Source: Octopus bimaculoides
Taxonomy: Eukaryota
Length of the DNA stretch: 35,001 nucleotides
NCBI RefSeq assembly: GCF_001194135.2
Contig: NC_068981.1
Location: forward strand, 144,322,820 to 144,357,820
Direction of reading: 5' to 3'
Below the pieces are notes generated by a model, which worked only from the letters and a program-made list of their open reading frames with translations, did not search any database and was not told the origin of the DNA. Below are positions 34,891 to 35,001 of the stretch, piece after piece. The translations under genes were made by a program, and so were the position numbers. How positions within the stretch are numbered: the stretch's first letter is position 1; each line of letters begins with the position of its first letter.

Positions 34891-35001
34891 GTTCAGTAGT
34901 TTTATTTTTATAACGTGCTTTCACTTCACTACCGAGCGCAGCTCTGTGCGCCTTGGGTATGTGCTGTGGTTTGCTGTGGTGCTCTTATGTTTACTGTATT
35001 G
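34891..35001 (-). mobile_element. Probable 3' end of another AAT-tailed non-LTR element extending beyond the window
   Basis: Reverse complement ..GAAAGCACGTTATAAAAATAAAACTACTGAAC followed by (AAT)n; no coding part is visible. Confidence 0.5.

Overview
AT-rich, microsatellite-dense animal DNA with five N gaps (563-950, 8189-9001, 27325-27401, 28173-28182, 29136-29145). The tRNA-derived SINE families resemble octopus SINEs as I recall them, so a cephalopod source is an inference. I cannot support any intact host gene, RNA gene or CRISPR array; the window is a layered transposon graveyard. It holds CR1/L2-like and RTE LINE ends, AAT-repeat-associated R4/Dong-like (RT-REL) LINEs, four L1/Tx1-type gag-like ORF1 (CCHC) relics, Penelope-like GIY-YIG fragments, a hAT element with an intact 8-bp TSD, a Tc1/mariner end and about a dozen SINE copies. 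Most interesting: (i) two divergent L1/Tx1-type units in which ORF1 runs straight into a shared 3' end with no ORF2, one complete with a 15-bp TSD, next to a relative that does carry the start of ORF2; this suggests a HAL1-like ORF1-only non-autonomous family; (ii) a 680-bp foldback whose loop encodes a Penelope-type endonuclease C-terminus; (iii) a hAT element enclosing an ORF1 cargo; (iv) four SINEs stacked head-to-tail at a repeated AATAAGTAATAAT motif; (v) a LINE and a SINE family sharing a 3' tail. All protein-family assignments come from motif recognition by eye, not database searches, and most element boundaries are approximate.
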